From Gemmatimonadota bacterium (lineage in GTDB: Bacteria > Gemmatimonadota > Gemmatimonadetes > Gemmatimonadales > GWC2-71-9): DNA of 31,766 nucleotides. The notes beneath the pieces were generated by a model. The model saw only the letters and a list, made by a program, of their open reading frames with translations, searched no databases and was not told the origin of the DNA. Below are positions 1 to 8,450 of this stretch, piece by piece. The stretch lies in NCBI GenBank assembly GCA_036679605.1, contig JAZDCZ010000433.1, forward strand, positions 1 through 31,766, read 5' to 3'. The number at the start of each line of letters is the position of its first letter. Position 1 is the stretch's first letter. Made by a program: the position numbers and the translations under genes.

Positions 1-314
1 GGACGAGGGTCACGCCAAGCAGTTCTGTCGCTCGTTCTTCCGCTGGTACAACGCGGAACATCGCCATGGGGGGATCTCGATGCTGACCCCTGAGCAGGTC
101 CACTTCGGGAGGGCGGACGACGTCATCGCCCGCAGGAAGGCCGTGCTCGACAAGGCCTGGGCCACCACCCCTGAACGGTTCGTCGCCGGAAAGCCGAAGC
201 CCCAACCCCTCCCCGAGGCCGTCTGGATCAACCCTCCCATCCTATCCACCTCCACACAGGACATTGCTCTCTAATTGATCACCAAGAGTGTCTCATTGGC
301 GTTGACAGGTTCCG
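1..314 (+). mobile_element. Right end of IS3-like element, terminal repeat at 288-314
   Basis: Transposase tail followed by GTGTCTCATTGGCGTTGACAGGTTCCG. The Rhs reading frame resumes at 315. Confidence 0.75.
2..274 (+). CDS. IS3-family transposase, C-terminal part (cut by window start)
   Basis: Frame open from base 2: FFRWYNAEHRHGGISMLTPEQVHFG...PERFV..KP.P..LP..VWINPP, typical of the tail after the rve core in one IS3-like group. Confidence 0.85.
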   Translation, partial: DEGHAKQFCRSFFRWYNAEHRHGGISMLTPEQVHFGRADDVIARRKAVLDKAWATTPERFVAGKPKPQPLPEAVWINPPILSTSTQDIAL

Positions 315-398
315 GTAACGCTGTTCGCTGAGACAGCTGTCGATCCGTTCGATCCGTTCGGCACTGCGGCCGAAGCGGAAAGGTCGTACAGCATCCAG

Positions 399-3300
399 AT
401 GAAGCCTCAGCGCAACGTGGTAGTGACGGCCCAGACGCCGAACGTCAGTTGGGAGACGGGTGCGCAGAACAAGGTCGCAAGCTACACGGTCAAGAACGAG
501 AGCGGGCTCACGGACACGTACACGCTGAACTGTCAGCCGGGAACATCGGTCACGTGCGACAGCCCGTCCGGCACGTCTCAGCTTCTCCAATCGGGGCAGA
601 GCGCAACCATCAACACCACGGTGGACCTTCCGCTTTACGTCAACTCGGATCAGGCGGGTCTCAAGGCCCAGACGAAATGGACTGCGATCACGATGCTCAA
701 CGTGCAGCCGCCTCCGGTAGCGGTGACGCCGAACTCCAGCTCGCAGGCCGTGCTCGGTAATACGCAAGCGACCGCGGAGTACACGGTGGACTATCAGGGC
801 ACATCTTCGGTGTTCACAGCGGGCGTCGTTTGTGCCGGTCAGGTATCGGGGTGCTCGGCATCGCCGTCGAGTGTAACGGTCGGGCCAGGATCGCCGGCCA
901 CGGTGACGGTGGCGTTTACGTCTGGTACGGCGCCGGCGAGTGGTACGATCGACCTTACGATGACTGGTGCGGGTACGAGTGATGTGGGGCGCGTGAACGT
1001 AAGCACGATCGAGGGTGCGGTAGCGCTCGCCAACCCGAACACGGACGGCGAGACGATGCGAGGTGACTGCCTCTCGGTAGCCGCGGGCCCAGCAGAGATC
1101 CAATGCGGCGATCTACGGCTCACCGTACCGATGCTTCCGGTTGCCACGATGAGCCAAGCGCGTCAGCTCACGTTCGTGTACAACAGCGCCTTCGTGAAGC
1201 CACGCCCCATCGTTGCAGCCAATGTGACGGCGGCCGCGTCGCAGGCGAACGTTACGGCCAAGCTAAAGCGGGGCCAGACGACCGTCGCCGAGCATACGTG
1301 GGCGGGTACGGGGTTTCCGGTGGATAAGACCGTTCGGATCGCGTTGTCTTACGACGCCTCGGGCCTGAACACCGGTCTGGATGACCTGACGTTGGAGGTG
1401 ACGCTCGATCCTGACCAAGGGTTGACGACCACGACAACGCTCCCCGTCACAGTTCCGATCGTGAATTGGAAGGACTCCGACGCGGGGGAGGGCTGGCAGC
1501 ATACCGCGAACGAGAAGCTGGTTCTTGGTCAGGGCACGACTGGCAACAAGATCATGTGGGCAGGAGCGGACGGAAGCACGAGGATCTACGACAACATCGG
1601 GACCAATCTGTGGGCAGCACGTAGGCCATCGCTACCCGATACGATCCAGAAATTTCCGACCTACTACAGACGCAGTCCGATCGGTGGTGGGGCCGTTGTG
1701 TACACGGTAAGCGGGCTTCTCTACAGTATTACGGACGTGTTCGGTAAGAAAACCTCGATTACATGGGGAACCGTGAACGGGAAGAATCGGGTCCTCAACA
1801 TCAAGCCGCCAACCAAGACGGGTTCAATCACCGCGTATGAACTCCAGTACAACGGTGCGACAGAACCGACGGTCACGCAGGTAAAGGTGCGTGATCACGC
1901 GGGGGGAATGTCGCGCATAACCACGTTCGGCAAAGATGGGGACAAGGTTGCCTCAATCACGGCGCCGGATGGGCGTTCCACCTCGTTCACCTACGAGACC
2001 GACGGACGGGTGAAGACAATCGCCAGTCCGCGGGGTGACACGTCGACTGTCACCTACGAGTCCTCGTCGACCTGGTTCCAGGCTCAAAAGGTCACAGGTG
2101 TGACCACCGTCAACGGTGCCCTAACCGCTACCACCGCGTACACGCCGTTCATGAGCCTGGGCCGCACGTCGCCTGTGGAGATCGATCAGGCGTTCGCTCA
2201 GGTGAATGGACCGCGGACCGACGTGAGTGATGTGACCAAGTTCTGGCTCACTGGATGGGGCGCACCATGGAAAATTGAGGACGCTCTCGGGGCTACGACC
2301 CAGATCGAGCGCACGCATACGACGTTCACCGAGTTCGTGACGGGTGTACTCTCGCCGAACGGGCTGCGGGTCACGTCAGACTACGACGCGACGACCGGCG
2401 AGCTGCTGAAGACCACGAATGAGGATACCCAGGCGGAGACCTTATATCAGTGGGACTCGAACTTCCATAGGGTCCTTCGGTCCACGAACGCGGTTGGCGT
2501 GGCGACGCTTCGGAGCCTCGATCCCGCGAACGGCAACGTGCTGTCGATCCGGCCCGTGGACGCGATCGGTGTCCAGCACGACTCGATGGCGGTCACGTTC
2601 TCGTATTCTCCGACGTACCCCGGGCTCATGACGAGCACGGATGATGCGAAGGGGGGAAGGACCACGATCACCTACGACGGGTGGGGGAATCGGCGCAGCG
2701 TTCAATTTCCCATGGGCGCGGGATCCGGTGGCTACCTCACAACGACCTATAAGACTCAGGTTGGCCTCGACACGCTTATTATCGCCGACATCGATACGAA
2801 CCGGACCCAACGCACGAAGATCTTCTACGATGTGATGGACCGCGACACGCTACGGGTTCAGACGAGCAACGACGCGAGCCCGGACTCGCTTTTCGTTCGG
2901 ACGGTGTATGATGCTGTGGGTGACCGTGTAAGAGTCGAGCGCTGGTCGCGCCCGGATCCGAATGGGATCGGCCTCATAAAGACCGAGTGGGAATACGACG
3001 GCTTCGGGCGCGTGAAGAAGGAGATCGCGTTCGACAGCGTGGGTGTCGAACAGCCTGTTGTGTACACCTACGATCAAGCCGGCAACCAGACGGCCGTGGT
3101 GACCCGCAACGGCCATACGATTACAATGCAGTATGACGCACTCAACCGGCTAACCCAGCGGGTCGTACCCCAGGTGACCACCGCCCAGGTGGCGACGCTC
3201 AATAGCAGTCAGGACACCGTTTCAGTGTATCCTCGATATGGCGACTCGAACGGTGCACTCGTCATCCCTCAGAACACGGATACCTACGTCTACGACAACG

Positions 3301-5540
3301 TCGGCAACATGATCCAGGCGGACAATGAAGACGCCAAGGTGCGCCGCGTCTACGACCTATCGGGGCGGTTAGTAACCGACTCACTGCTCATCCGGAACTA
3401 CGATCGGGCCAGCTCGGCCACCCACAAATACGTCAACACCTACAGCTACGACTCAATAGGTCGGCGCACGACGATGGGGAGGCCCACGGGGTTCGACGGG
3501 GTCAGCACGGACGTCGTATCCTATGGATACAATACTGTCTCTGGCCAGCTCAACCTCGTGACGGACGGCTCGATGAGCTTCACCTGGGTGCATGACCAAG
3601 CGGGGAGGCCGGTGAAGGCCACGATCCCGGGTGGCATCGTTGACGATCGAACCTACGACTCGAACGGCCAGCTTAGGAAGCGCATCGTTGCAGGAGGGGC
3701 GGCGCCTGGCTCCGGCGGGTTCCCCGGCCAGCAGATCTTGGACGACACGTTGAAGTATGACCAACAGGGCCGAGTGCTCTGGGTCGACGATGCCGGCGGA
3801 TTGAGCACCATGACCTACAATGGAATGGGCGCCGTCCTTACATCAGAGCGGTTGATGGATACGCTGAGCTTCTTCCACGCTTTGGCAGAGCCGGGGAGCC
3901 TGCCTACAAGTCGTGAGACCAACGTCCTGGATGCGCTGGGTAATACGCTGACTGCCGATCGCGACGGCTGGAGCATCCAAGGCGGAGTGTTTCCCTCGGA
4001 AAGCTCGACCTATCACTACGAACCCCTTACGGGGCGACTACTCTCGCGGGTGCCGTTTATCGGAGGGTCTGCCGATGCGTACCTATACGACGACGCCGGT
4101 AACCGAATCAGCCAAGGGTGGGGTAACGGGAGTGATACCAATGGCTGGACACGGTCGTATTACGGTGCGGATGGCAAGCTCCGGGTCATCGATCGGCAAG
4201 GCTGCAAGGTCATACAGCTTGCCGGTGGGGCATTGGGGTGTGGATTGATGGCCTACAACCGGCTGTCGGTATTCGAGGAGTATCGATACGACGCCTTGGG
4301 GCGGCGAATACTCGTTCGCGCCCGAAATGATGCGACACGCTGCACAGGGAACATGTGCCCGAACTACATCCAACGGACCGTCTGGGACGGAAACCAGATC
4401 CTCCTGGAGATCCGCCGGCCCGGAGCGGACACGATGTCGATGGCGGCACTCGACTCAACCGATCGCGGCATCGTCTCATTAGGGGCGACAGAATGGATAT
4501 GTGATCCGAACGTTGGGGTCTGCAATTTCGAGGGCAACCCACCCGGAGAGGATGACTGTGCCAACGCTGCGATCATGGTGGAGGTCCCACCAGGGTGCGT
4601 GGAGGTGCCTCTCCCACAGGACTTTTTCCCGTATGGCGTCACCGCCTACCTGCACGGTGGGGAGCTGGATCGGCCGCTGTCGATCAGACGCCTGGATCAC
4701 AGCACCGTGAACCCTGGGTATATAATCCAGCCACTCGCCAACTGGCGCGGTGACTTCGTTACGGGTGCGTATGCCACGGGAGCGGCGGCCGACTGTATGG
4801 CCTCCTCAGGATCGTGCATCGACATGGAGTGGCCCGGCGAACGGATCTGGAACGGGTACCAGAATCGAGACGATCAGCTCACCAAATTCGGACCGAAACA
4901 TTGGATGGGGTCGCTGGTGTATAGTGGGGCAGATGCCAGCGGGTTGTTGTATCGCCGGAATCGTTACTATGATCCCGTAGCTGGGCAGTTCACCCAAGAA
5001 GATCCCATCGGGCTCGCAGGTGGGCTGAACCTGTACGGGTATGCGAACGGAGATCCAGTCAATCTGAGTGATCCGTTCGGGCTGTGTGCGTCTGAGATTG
5101 CGGGTGATACACTGGAAACCCGGGTTGCGCACCTCAGTGAGAGGTGCGTCGACGAGGGAGATGAAGTCGAGGCGGGCCAGTTGATCGGGTACTCCGGCAA
5201 TACAGGCCGTAGCACGGGTCCCCACCTTCACTACGAAGAGGTAAGGGTGCGGGAAGGCTCACCGTGGGGGAACGACGGCATCGTTCGTTTGGACCCGTTG
5301 TTGCTTCTTGCGACAAGTGGTTTTACCCCCCTTGGAGGCAACGCCGTGAGTTTCTATCCCCGGATTAACTCGCGTTTCGGTAGGCGGACTGACCCCATAA
5401 CCGGGCAGTCGGCAGGTCATGGCGGGGTTGATGTAAGGGTTCCTGTGGGGACACCGGTTTACGCGCCATTCTCAGGGGTGGTCGTCCGCTCGGGCACCAG
5501 TTCGAGCTACGGAGAGGTGATATACATCCGACATAGGTGA
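399..5540 (+). CDS. Rhs/YD-repeat polymorphic toxin with M23-like C-terminal tip; probably 5'-truncated by the IS
   Basis: Many YD repeats; Rhs core GLLYRRNRYYDPVAGQFTQEDPIGLAGGLNLYGYANGDPVNLSDPFGL; tip has HLH and HGGVD motifs. Frame is open from 315 and has no signal peptide. Confidence 0.92.
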   Translation: MKPQRNVVVTAQTPNVSWETGAQNKVASYTVKNESGLTDTYTLNCQPGTSVTCDSPSGTSQLLQSGQSATINTTVDLPLYVNSDQAGLKAQTKWTAITMLNVQPPPVAVTPNSSSQAVLGNTQATAEYTVDYQGTSSVFTAGVVCAGQVSGCSASPSSVTVGPGSPATVTVAFTSGTAPASGTIDLTMTGAGTSDVGRVNVSTIEGAVALANPNTDGETMRGDCLSVAAGPAEIQCGDLRLTVPMLPVATMSQARQLTFVYNSAFVKPRPIVAANVTAAASQANVTAKLKRGQTTVAEHTWAGTGFPVDKTVRIALSYDASGLNTGLDDLTLEVTLDPDQGLTTTTTLPVTVPIVNWKDSDAGEGWQHTANEKLVLGQGTTGNKIMWAGADGSTRIYDNIGTNLWAARRPSLPDTIQKFPTYYRRSPIGGGAVVYTVSGLLYSITDVFGKKTSITWGTVNGKNRVLNIKPPTKTGSITAYELQYNGATEPTVTQVKVRDHAGGMSRITTFGKDGDKVASITAPDGRSTSFTYETDGRVKTIASPRGDTSTVTYESSSTWFQAQKVTGVTTVNGALTATTAYTPFMSLGRTSPVEIDQAFAQVNGPRTDVSDVTKFWLTGWGAPWKIEDALGATTQIERTHTTFTEFVTGVLSPNGLRVTSDYDATTGELLKTTNEDTQAETLYQWDSNFHRVLRSTNAVGVATLRSLDPANGNVLSIRPVDAIGVQHDSMAVTFSYSPTYPGLMTSTDDAKGGRTTITYDGWGNRRSVQFPMGAGSGGYLTTTYKTQVGLDTLIIADIDTNRTQRTKIFYDVMDRDTLRVQTSNDASPDSLFVRTVYDAVGDRVRVERWSRPDPNGIGLIKTEWEYDGFGRVKKEIAFDSVGVEQPVVYTYDQAGNQTAVVTRNGHTITMQYDALNRLTQRVVPQVTTAQVATLNSSQDTVSVYPRYGDSNGALVIPQNTDTYVYDNVGNMIQADNEDAKVRRVYDLSGRLVTDSLLIRNYDRASSATHKYVNTYSYDSIGRRTTMGRPTGFDGVSTDVVSYGYNTVSGQLNLVTDGSMSFTWVHDQAGRPVKATIPGGIVDDRTYDSNGQLRKRIVAGGAAPGSGGFPGQQILDDTLKYDQQGRVLWVDDAGGLSTMTYNGMGAVLTSERLMDTLSFFHALAEPGSLPTSRETNVLDALGNTLTADRDGWSIQGGVFPSESSTYHYEPLTGRLLSRVPFIGGSADAYLYDDAGNRISQGWGNGSDTNGWTRSYYGADGKLRVIDRQGCKVIQLAGGALGCGLMAYNRLSVFEEYRYDALGRRILVRARNDATRCTGNMCPNYIQRTVWDGNQILLEIRRPGADTMSMAALDSTDRGIVSLGATEWICDPNVGVCNFEGNPPGEDDCANAAIMVEVPPGCVEVPLPQDFFPYGVTAYLHGGELDRPLSIRRLDHSTVNPGYIIQPLANWRGDFVTGAYATGAAADCMASSGSCIDMEWPGERIWNGYQNRDDQLTKFGPKHWMGSLVYSGADASGLLYRRNRYYDPVAGQFTQEDPIGLAGGLNLYGYANGDPVNLSDPFGLCASEIAGDTLETRVAHLSERCVDEGDEVEAGQLIGYSGNTGRSTGPHLHYEEVRVREGSPWGNDGIVRLDPLLLLATSGFTPLGGNAVSFYPRINSRFGRRTDPITGQSAGHGGVDVRVPVGTPVYAPFSGVVVRSGTSSSYGEVIYIRHR

Positions 5541-5541
5541 G

Positions 5542-6327
5542 ATGATGACAAGGATGTTCAAGACGATTCTATTGATCAGCCTGGTGTTGGCGGCCTGCGC
5601 GCCGTCGGATGGCCAAGTCGGGTCTGACGACGCGATTTTGGGCGGGGAAAGGGACGGGGATTCCGCAGTTGAGAAGCTGGAGGATCAGGATACGCTCCAG
5701 GCTGCTGCTCCCGCCGATACGGTACGGATCGTCTCGGATGGTGGGCGCAACTTGGTGTGGTCGACCTGGGTGGATGGCCGGCGCGTGGAACGGTTTCGCT
5801 CGGGGGATCTCTACTCGGGCAACCCGTCCTTTGAGCTTGGTGACTTCCTCGGCGACGAGCAGCCCGATTTATTTGTGACCTTTGACTTCGAGGAGATGGT
5901 CTCCGGGGTCCTACTGATAGGAGAGCCTTCGGGGCGCAGCAGAATTGTCTTTTCTACGGCGAACCTCTTGGCATGCAGACCTCCTATGCTCGTGGACGTT
6001 GACGGCGACGGAGTTCGTGATATCGTTGCCTTCACCACGGGACCGTTCAGCTTCGCAATGTGTCGGGGTGAAGGCCGCTACGACCTGTGCGTGGATGACT
6101 ATCCTCTTGCCTGGCCAGAGATATTCTTCGGTGGGAGTGACGGCGCGTTCCGAACGGACTCGACTGCTGCGCCCGCGCTCTATGCCCGCTGGGCCGAGTC
6201 TTACCGAACAGGGAAGGCGTCACTCGACCGAGAAGGGGGGGGTGACCGCTGTGGCCCAGGCATCGCTGAAGCTTTGGTCGCTGCGGGAGACCGAGCCGCC
6301 AGGCTCGCATCACGATCGCCCGGGTAG
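5542..6327 (+). CDS. Lipoprotein, putative cognate immunity protein
   Basis: Starts 2 bp after the Rhs stop; signal peptide with lipobox LAAC; FG-GAP/VCBS-like DVDGDGVRDI motif. Confidence 0.75.
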   Translation: MMTRMFKTILLISLVLAACAPSDGQVGSDDAILGGERDGDSAVEKLEDQDTLQAAAPADTVRIVSDGGRNLVWSTWVDGRRVERFRSGDLYSGNPSFELGDFLGDEQPDLFVTFDFEEMVSGVLLIGEPSGRSRIVFSTANLLACRPPMLVDVDGDGVRDIVAFTTGPFSFAMCRGEGRYDLCVDDYPLAWPEIFFGGSDGAFRTDSTAAPALYARWAESYRTGKASLDREGGGDRCGPGIAEALVAAGDRAARLASRSPG

Positions 6328-6581
6328 CGCGCTCACCGGGTGCACATAATATGTACGGTACGCTTACGCCTGGGCCCGGCGCTTTATTCGAGTGAGATCC
6401 ATTCGGTTCGCTGGTACGACGCTACGGGTTCTGTCTGAGTCCCGAGCGACCGATTCGGAGCGATTGATGGACTCTTGATCGTTTTGGGTCCTTCTGGGGA
6501 ATCGGCCGCGATGGGTCACGCACGAGCACCGAATATCCCTAGCGACAGGCCTGAAAAACGTGAGTTGGTGTTGGATGCAGA

Positions 6582-6743
6582 ATGGCTAAGGCAGCTAAGC
6601 TCAAGCGCCGGAGCTTGACCCGGATCCAGGCGGCGGCCGAGCTCAAGCTCTCCGAGGAATAGCTTCGCCGCCTGACCACCCGGGGGGACGTCACTCGGTA
6701 CATGAACGGGCGGTATCCATTTCCTAAAGTCGCCGAGGAATAA
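6582..6743 (+). pseudogene. Degenerate small HTH (excisionase/Nu1-like) remnant
   Basis: MAKAAKLKRRSLTRIQAAAELKLSEE*LRRLTTRGDVTRYMNGRYPFPKVAEE* with an in-frame TAG at 6660. Confidence 0.35.
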
Positions 6744-6807
6744 GCCGCGTATCGGAAGACCGATAAGGCCAAACGCGAGTCCGGGTTCGGCACGTACAAA
6801 TGAGGAC

Positions 6808-7182
6808 ATGGCCCGATCCGACCTGAAGCACCTTGCAGCCGCAATGCAGGGCCACCCATTCGCTACTGAGAAACCCCGGTTCATTGGGTATGCGAAGGAT
6901 CGCCCCGAGGAGCGATGGACGGCCGTCATCGCATTTTCCAAAGCGCTCGATCGGGAAATCTTCATGGGAGGCGATCGGATGCGAGAGATCGTGCGGCCAT
7001 TCATGGAAGTCAGTGCCCCAGAGGCGGCAGAACCGGCCCAGACTGACGAACCGCTCCTCATCATCTTTCCGCCCGAATCCACGCTTCAGCGTATTCGTGG
7101 GAAGCGTCGACGGCCTCAGTATCTCGATCTTCGGAACTATCCAGGGCTGGGAGTCGGGTCAGAGATCTTCGCAACGAGCTGA
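6808..7182 (+). CDS. Hypothetical protein
   Basis: 124-aa ORF with GAGGA upstream and protein-like composition. Confidence 0.5.
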   Translation: MARSDLKHLAAAMQGHPFATEKPRFIGYAKDRPEERWTAVIAFSKALDREIFMGGDRMREIVRPFMEVSAPEAAEPAQTDEPLLIIFPPESTLQRIRGKRRRPQYLDLRNYPGLGVGSEIFATS

Positions 7183-7248
7183 GCGTGTGTCGGTAGGTGG
7201 GGGCACCCCGATAAGTCCCCCGGCCTCGGTCCTATCGGCATGCGCTCA

Positions 7249-7279
7249 CCCTCTCTGCCAACGTAGGTGAGACACGGAG
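7249..7279 (+). repeat. Solo IS terminal-repeat remnant
   Basis: CCCTCTCTGCCAACGTAGGTGAGACACGGAG is 30/31 identical to the reverse complement of 27586-27616. It has the same N7-TG(T/C)CAAC-N5-TGAGACAC layout as the IS end at 288-314. Confidence 0.6.
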
Positions 7280-7461
7280 CACGTAACGAATCAGAGTGGG
7301 GCGAAGGCGGAGAACTCAAAAATGCTGGGAGGGGCAGGAACAGGATGTTCAGTGGCTACTGCCACAATGCGTCTCGTTCGCCCCCCATCTCAAGGACAGC
7401 TCGCTAGGGCCCGCCTAATCCAGCCCGAGTCGGTGCGTTCCTGATGAGCAACTTCCGTGGA

Positions 7462-7573
7462 TGTGTCACTTCATGTGTCGATTGGGCCGGTTTTTGTGTC
7501 GATTCAAAGCGGCAGATTCCGGCATGATCGGTAGGGAAGTACGGCAGATCGTGCGTCCTACCAAGGTTTATCC
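7462..7573 (+). repeat. Junction J1 arm (112 bp)
   Basis: Identical to 22105-22217 and 31654-31766 except for one missing G; contains three TGTGTC(ACT/GAT) direct repeats. Confidence 0.95.
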
Positions 7574-7605
7574 AGTTATTTACCGGAAATCGTGCCGTTC
7601 TCGCT

Positions 7606-7617
7606 CCGGCGCCCCGA
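7606..7617 (+). other. Residual tRNA-Pro 3' end at J1
   Basis: CCGGCGCCCCGA followed by TAA matches the end of the longer fragment at 22244-22259 with one G missing. Confidence 0.6.
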
Positions 7618-7664
7618 TAAGCGAAGAGCCTATGGACGCAGTGCGTTCATGGGCTCTTTGCTTA
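7618..7664. terminator. Long hairpin, probable intrinsic terminator after the tRNA remnant
   Basis: TAAGCGAAGAGCCTATGGACGCA-G-TGCGTTCATGGGCTCTTTGCTTA pairs using G-U; same position as the hairpin at 22257-22304. Confidence 0.7.
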
Positions 7665-7674
7665 ATTCGGTACC

Positions 7675-8326
7675 GGATGCGAACCGCAGGTTCGAGCCGA
7701 GCGGCCACCCAGCTCTCGAAGATCCCCCAGCTCTCCCGCGAGACGAGCGAGAATCGCGTCAGCGATTCGCAGCTCCATCCGGGCGAGGCCTTTCCGCTCG
7801 AGCCCCAGCCGAAAACAGACCGCTGGGCGTGGCAACTCCACTCCTCGACCTCAATGCCGAGCACTCGTAGCACCGCTTCGCGAGCCGCTGAGAAGTCGGG
7901 TAGCCTCCAGGCTCGAGCGTTTCGGTCCCATCGACGTTGCGGAAGCGTCCGTGCCTGGGCCACGAGCGTCGGTTCGTACGGGACGCCTACTAGGATCATG
8001 CCCCCCGAAGCGAACGCAGGTACTGATTCGGTTTGGGGAGCCATAACGGAGCTTGGCACCCTTTGGTGGGCGCACCCATGCTTGAATCGGACACCCGGTC
8101 CGGGGCCATGTATGGCGCGCGTGTATTTGCTGCGGTAAGTTGGCCTCGCCGTCTTACCACGCGGGCCGGTGCGGCAGGGGTTGCGGGAGGGTGAGATTCC
8201 GAAGCAGATCCGACGAAAGGTGTTTACACGCCCTCCTTCACAGGCATCCGCCATTCATTCCTTCTCCCGCCGGTCTCAGATCTCCGGAGGGTGTGTGGGT
8301 TCGTGTACGGCGGAGATTCGCCCGTT
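7675..8326 (+). repeat. Conserved island left arm plus integron platform, copy B
   Basis: Highly similar to 22316-22852 apart from the segment after CAACTCCA; its first part also matches 15285-15414. Confidence 0.9.
7841..8044 (-). pseudogene. Truncated 5' end of a putative integron-associated recombinase with HARP-like N-terminal domain
   Basis: MAPQTESVPAFASGGMILVGVPYEPTLVAQARTLPQRRWDRNARAWRLPD fits the HARP-like pattern PY...l....r.lP.RrWd...r.W.lP. It is divergent from attI, in the position intI normally occupies. No catalytic domain remains. Confidence 0.55.
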
Positions 8327-8330
8327 ATAA
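8245..8330 (+). other. attI-like site of array B (core GTTATAA at 8324-8330)
   Basis: Homology with island D stops at this GTTA. GTTATAAGAC is the exact reverse complement of GTCTTATAAC at the start of the first attC (9365-9374). Confidence 0.85.
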
Positions 8331-8450
8331 GACATGTCTCAGAAAGGGTGATTGTCGCGGGTGGAAGGCGGATCCATGAGGCCGAACAGTGCGGGAGTGC
8401 TTTTCAACTCTGCGGTGGTGGTACCCACGAAGTGAGGCGATTCACAAACA

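Noticed and set aside
279..1103. Long shadow ORFs (also 8777-9307, 17400-18413, 26569-27135, 28719-29201, 30245-30952)
   Set aside because: They overlap well-supported genes on the opposite strand and have no motifs; expected in GC-rich DNA.
7461..8138. Repeated ORF MCHFMCRLGRFLCRFKAADSG (also within 21987-22259)
   Set aside because: It is a translation of the non-coding arm repeat; the copies continue into unrelated sequence, tRNA fragments and terminators.
7580..8254. Intact 224-aa gene or intact integrase
   Set aside because: Only 7841-8044 is protein-like. The rest crosses the arm and terminator, the frame is not kept in copy D, and there are no recombinase catalytic motifs.
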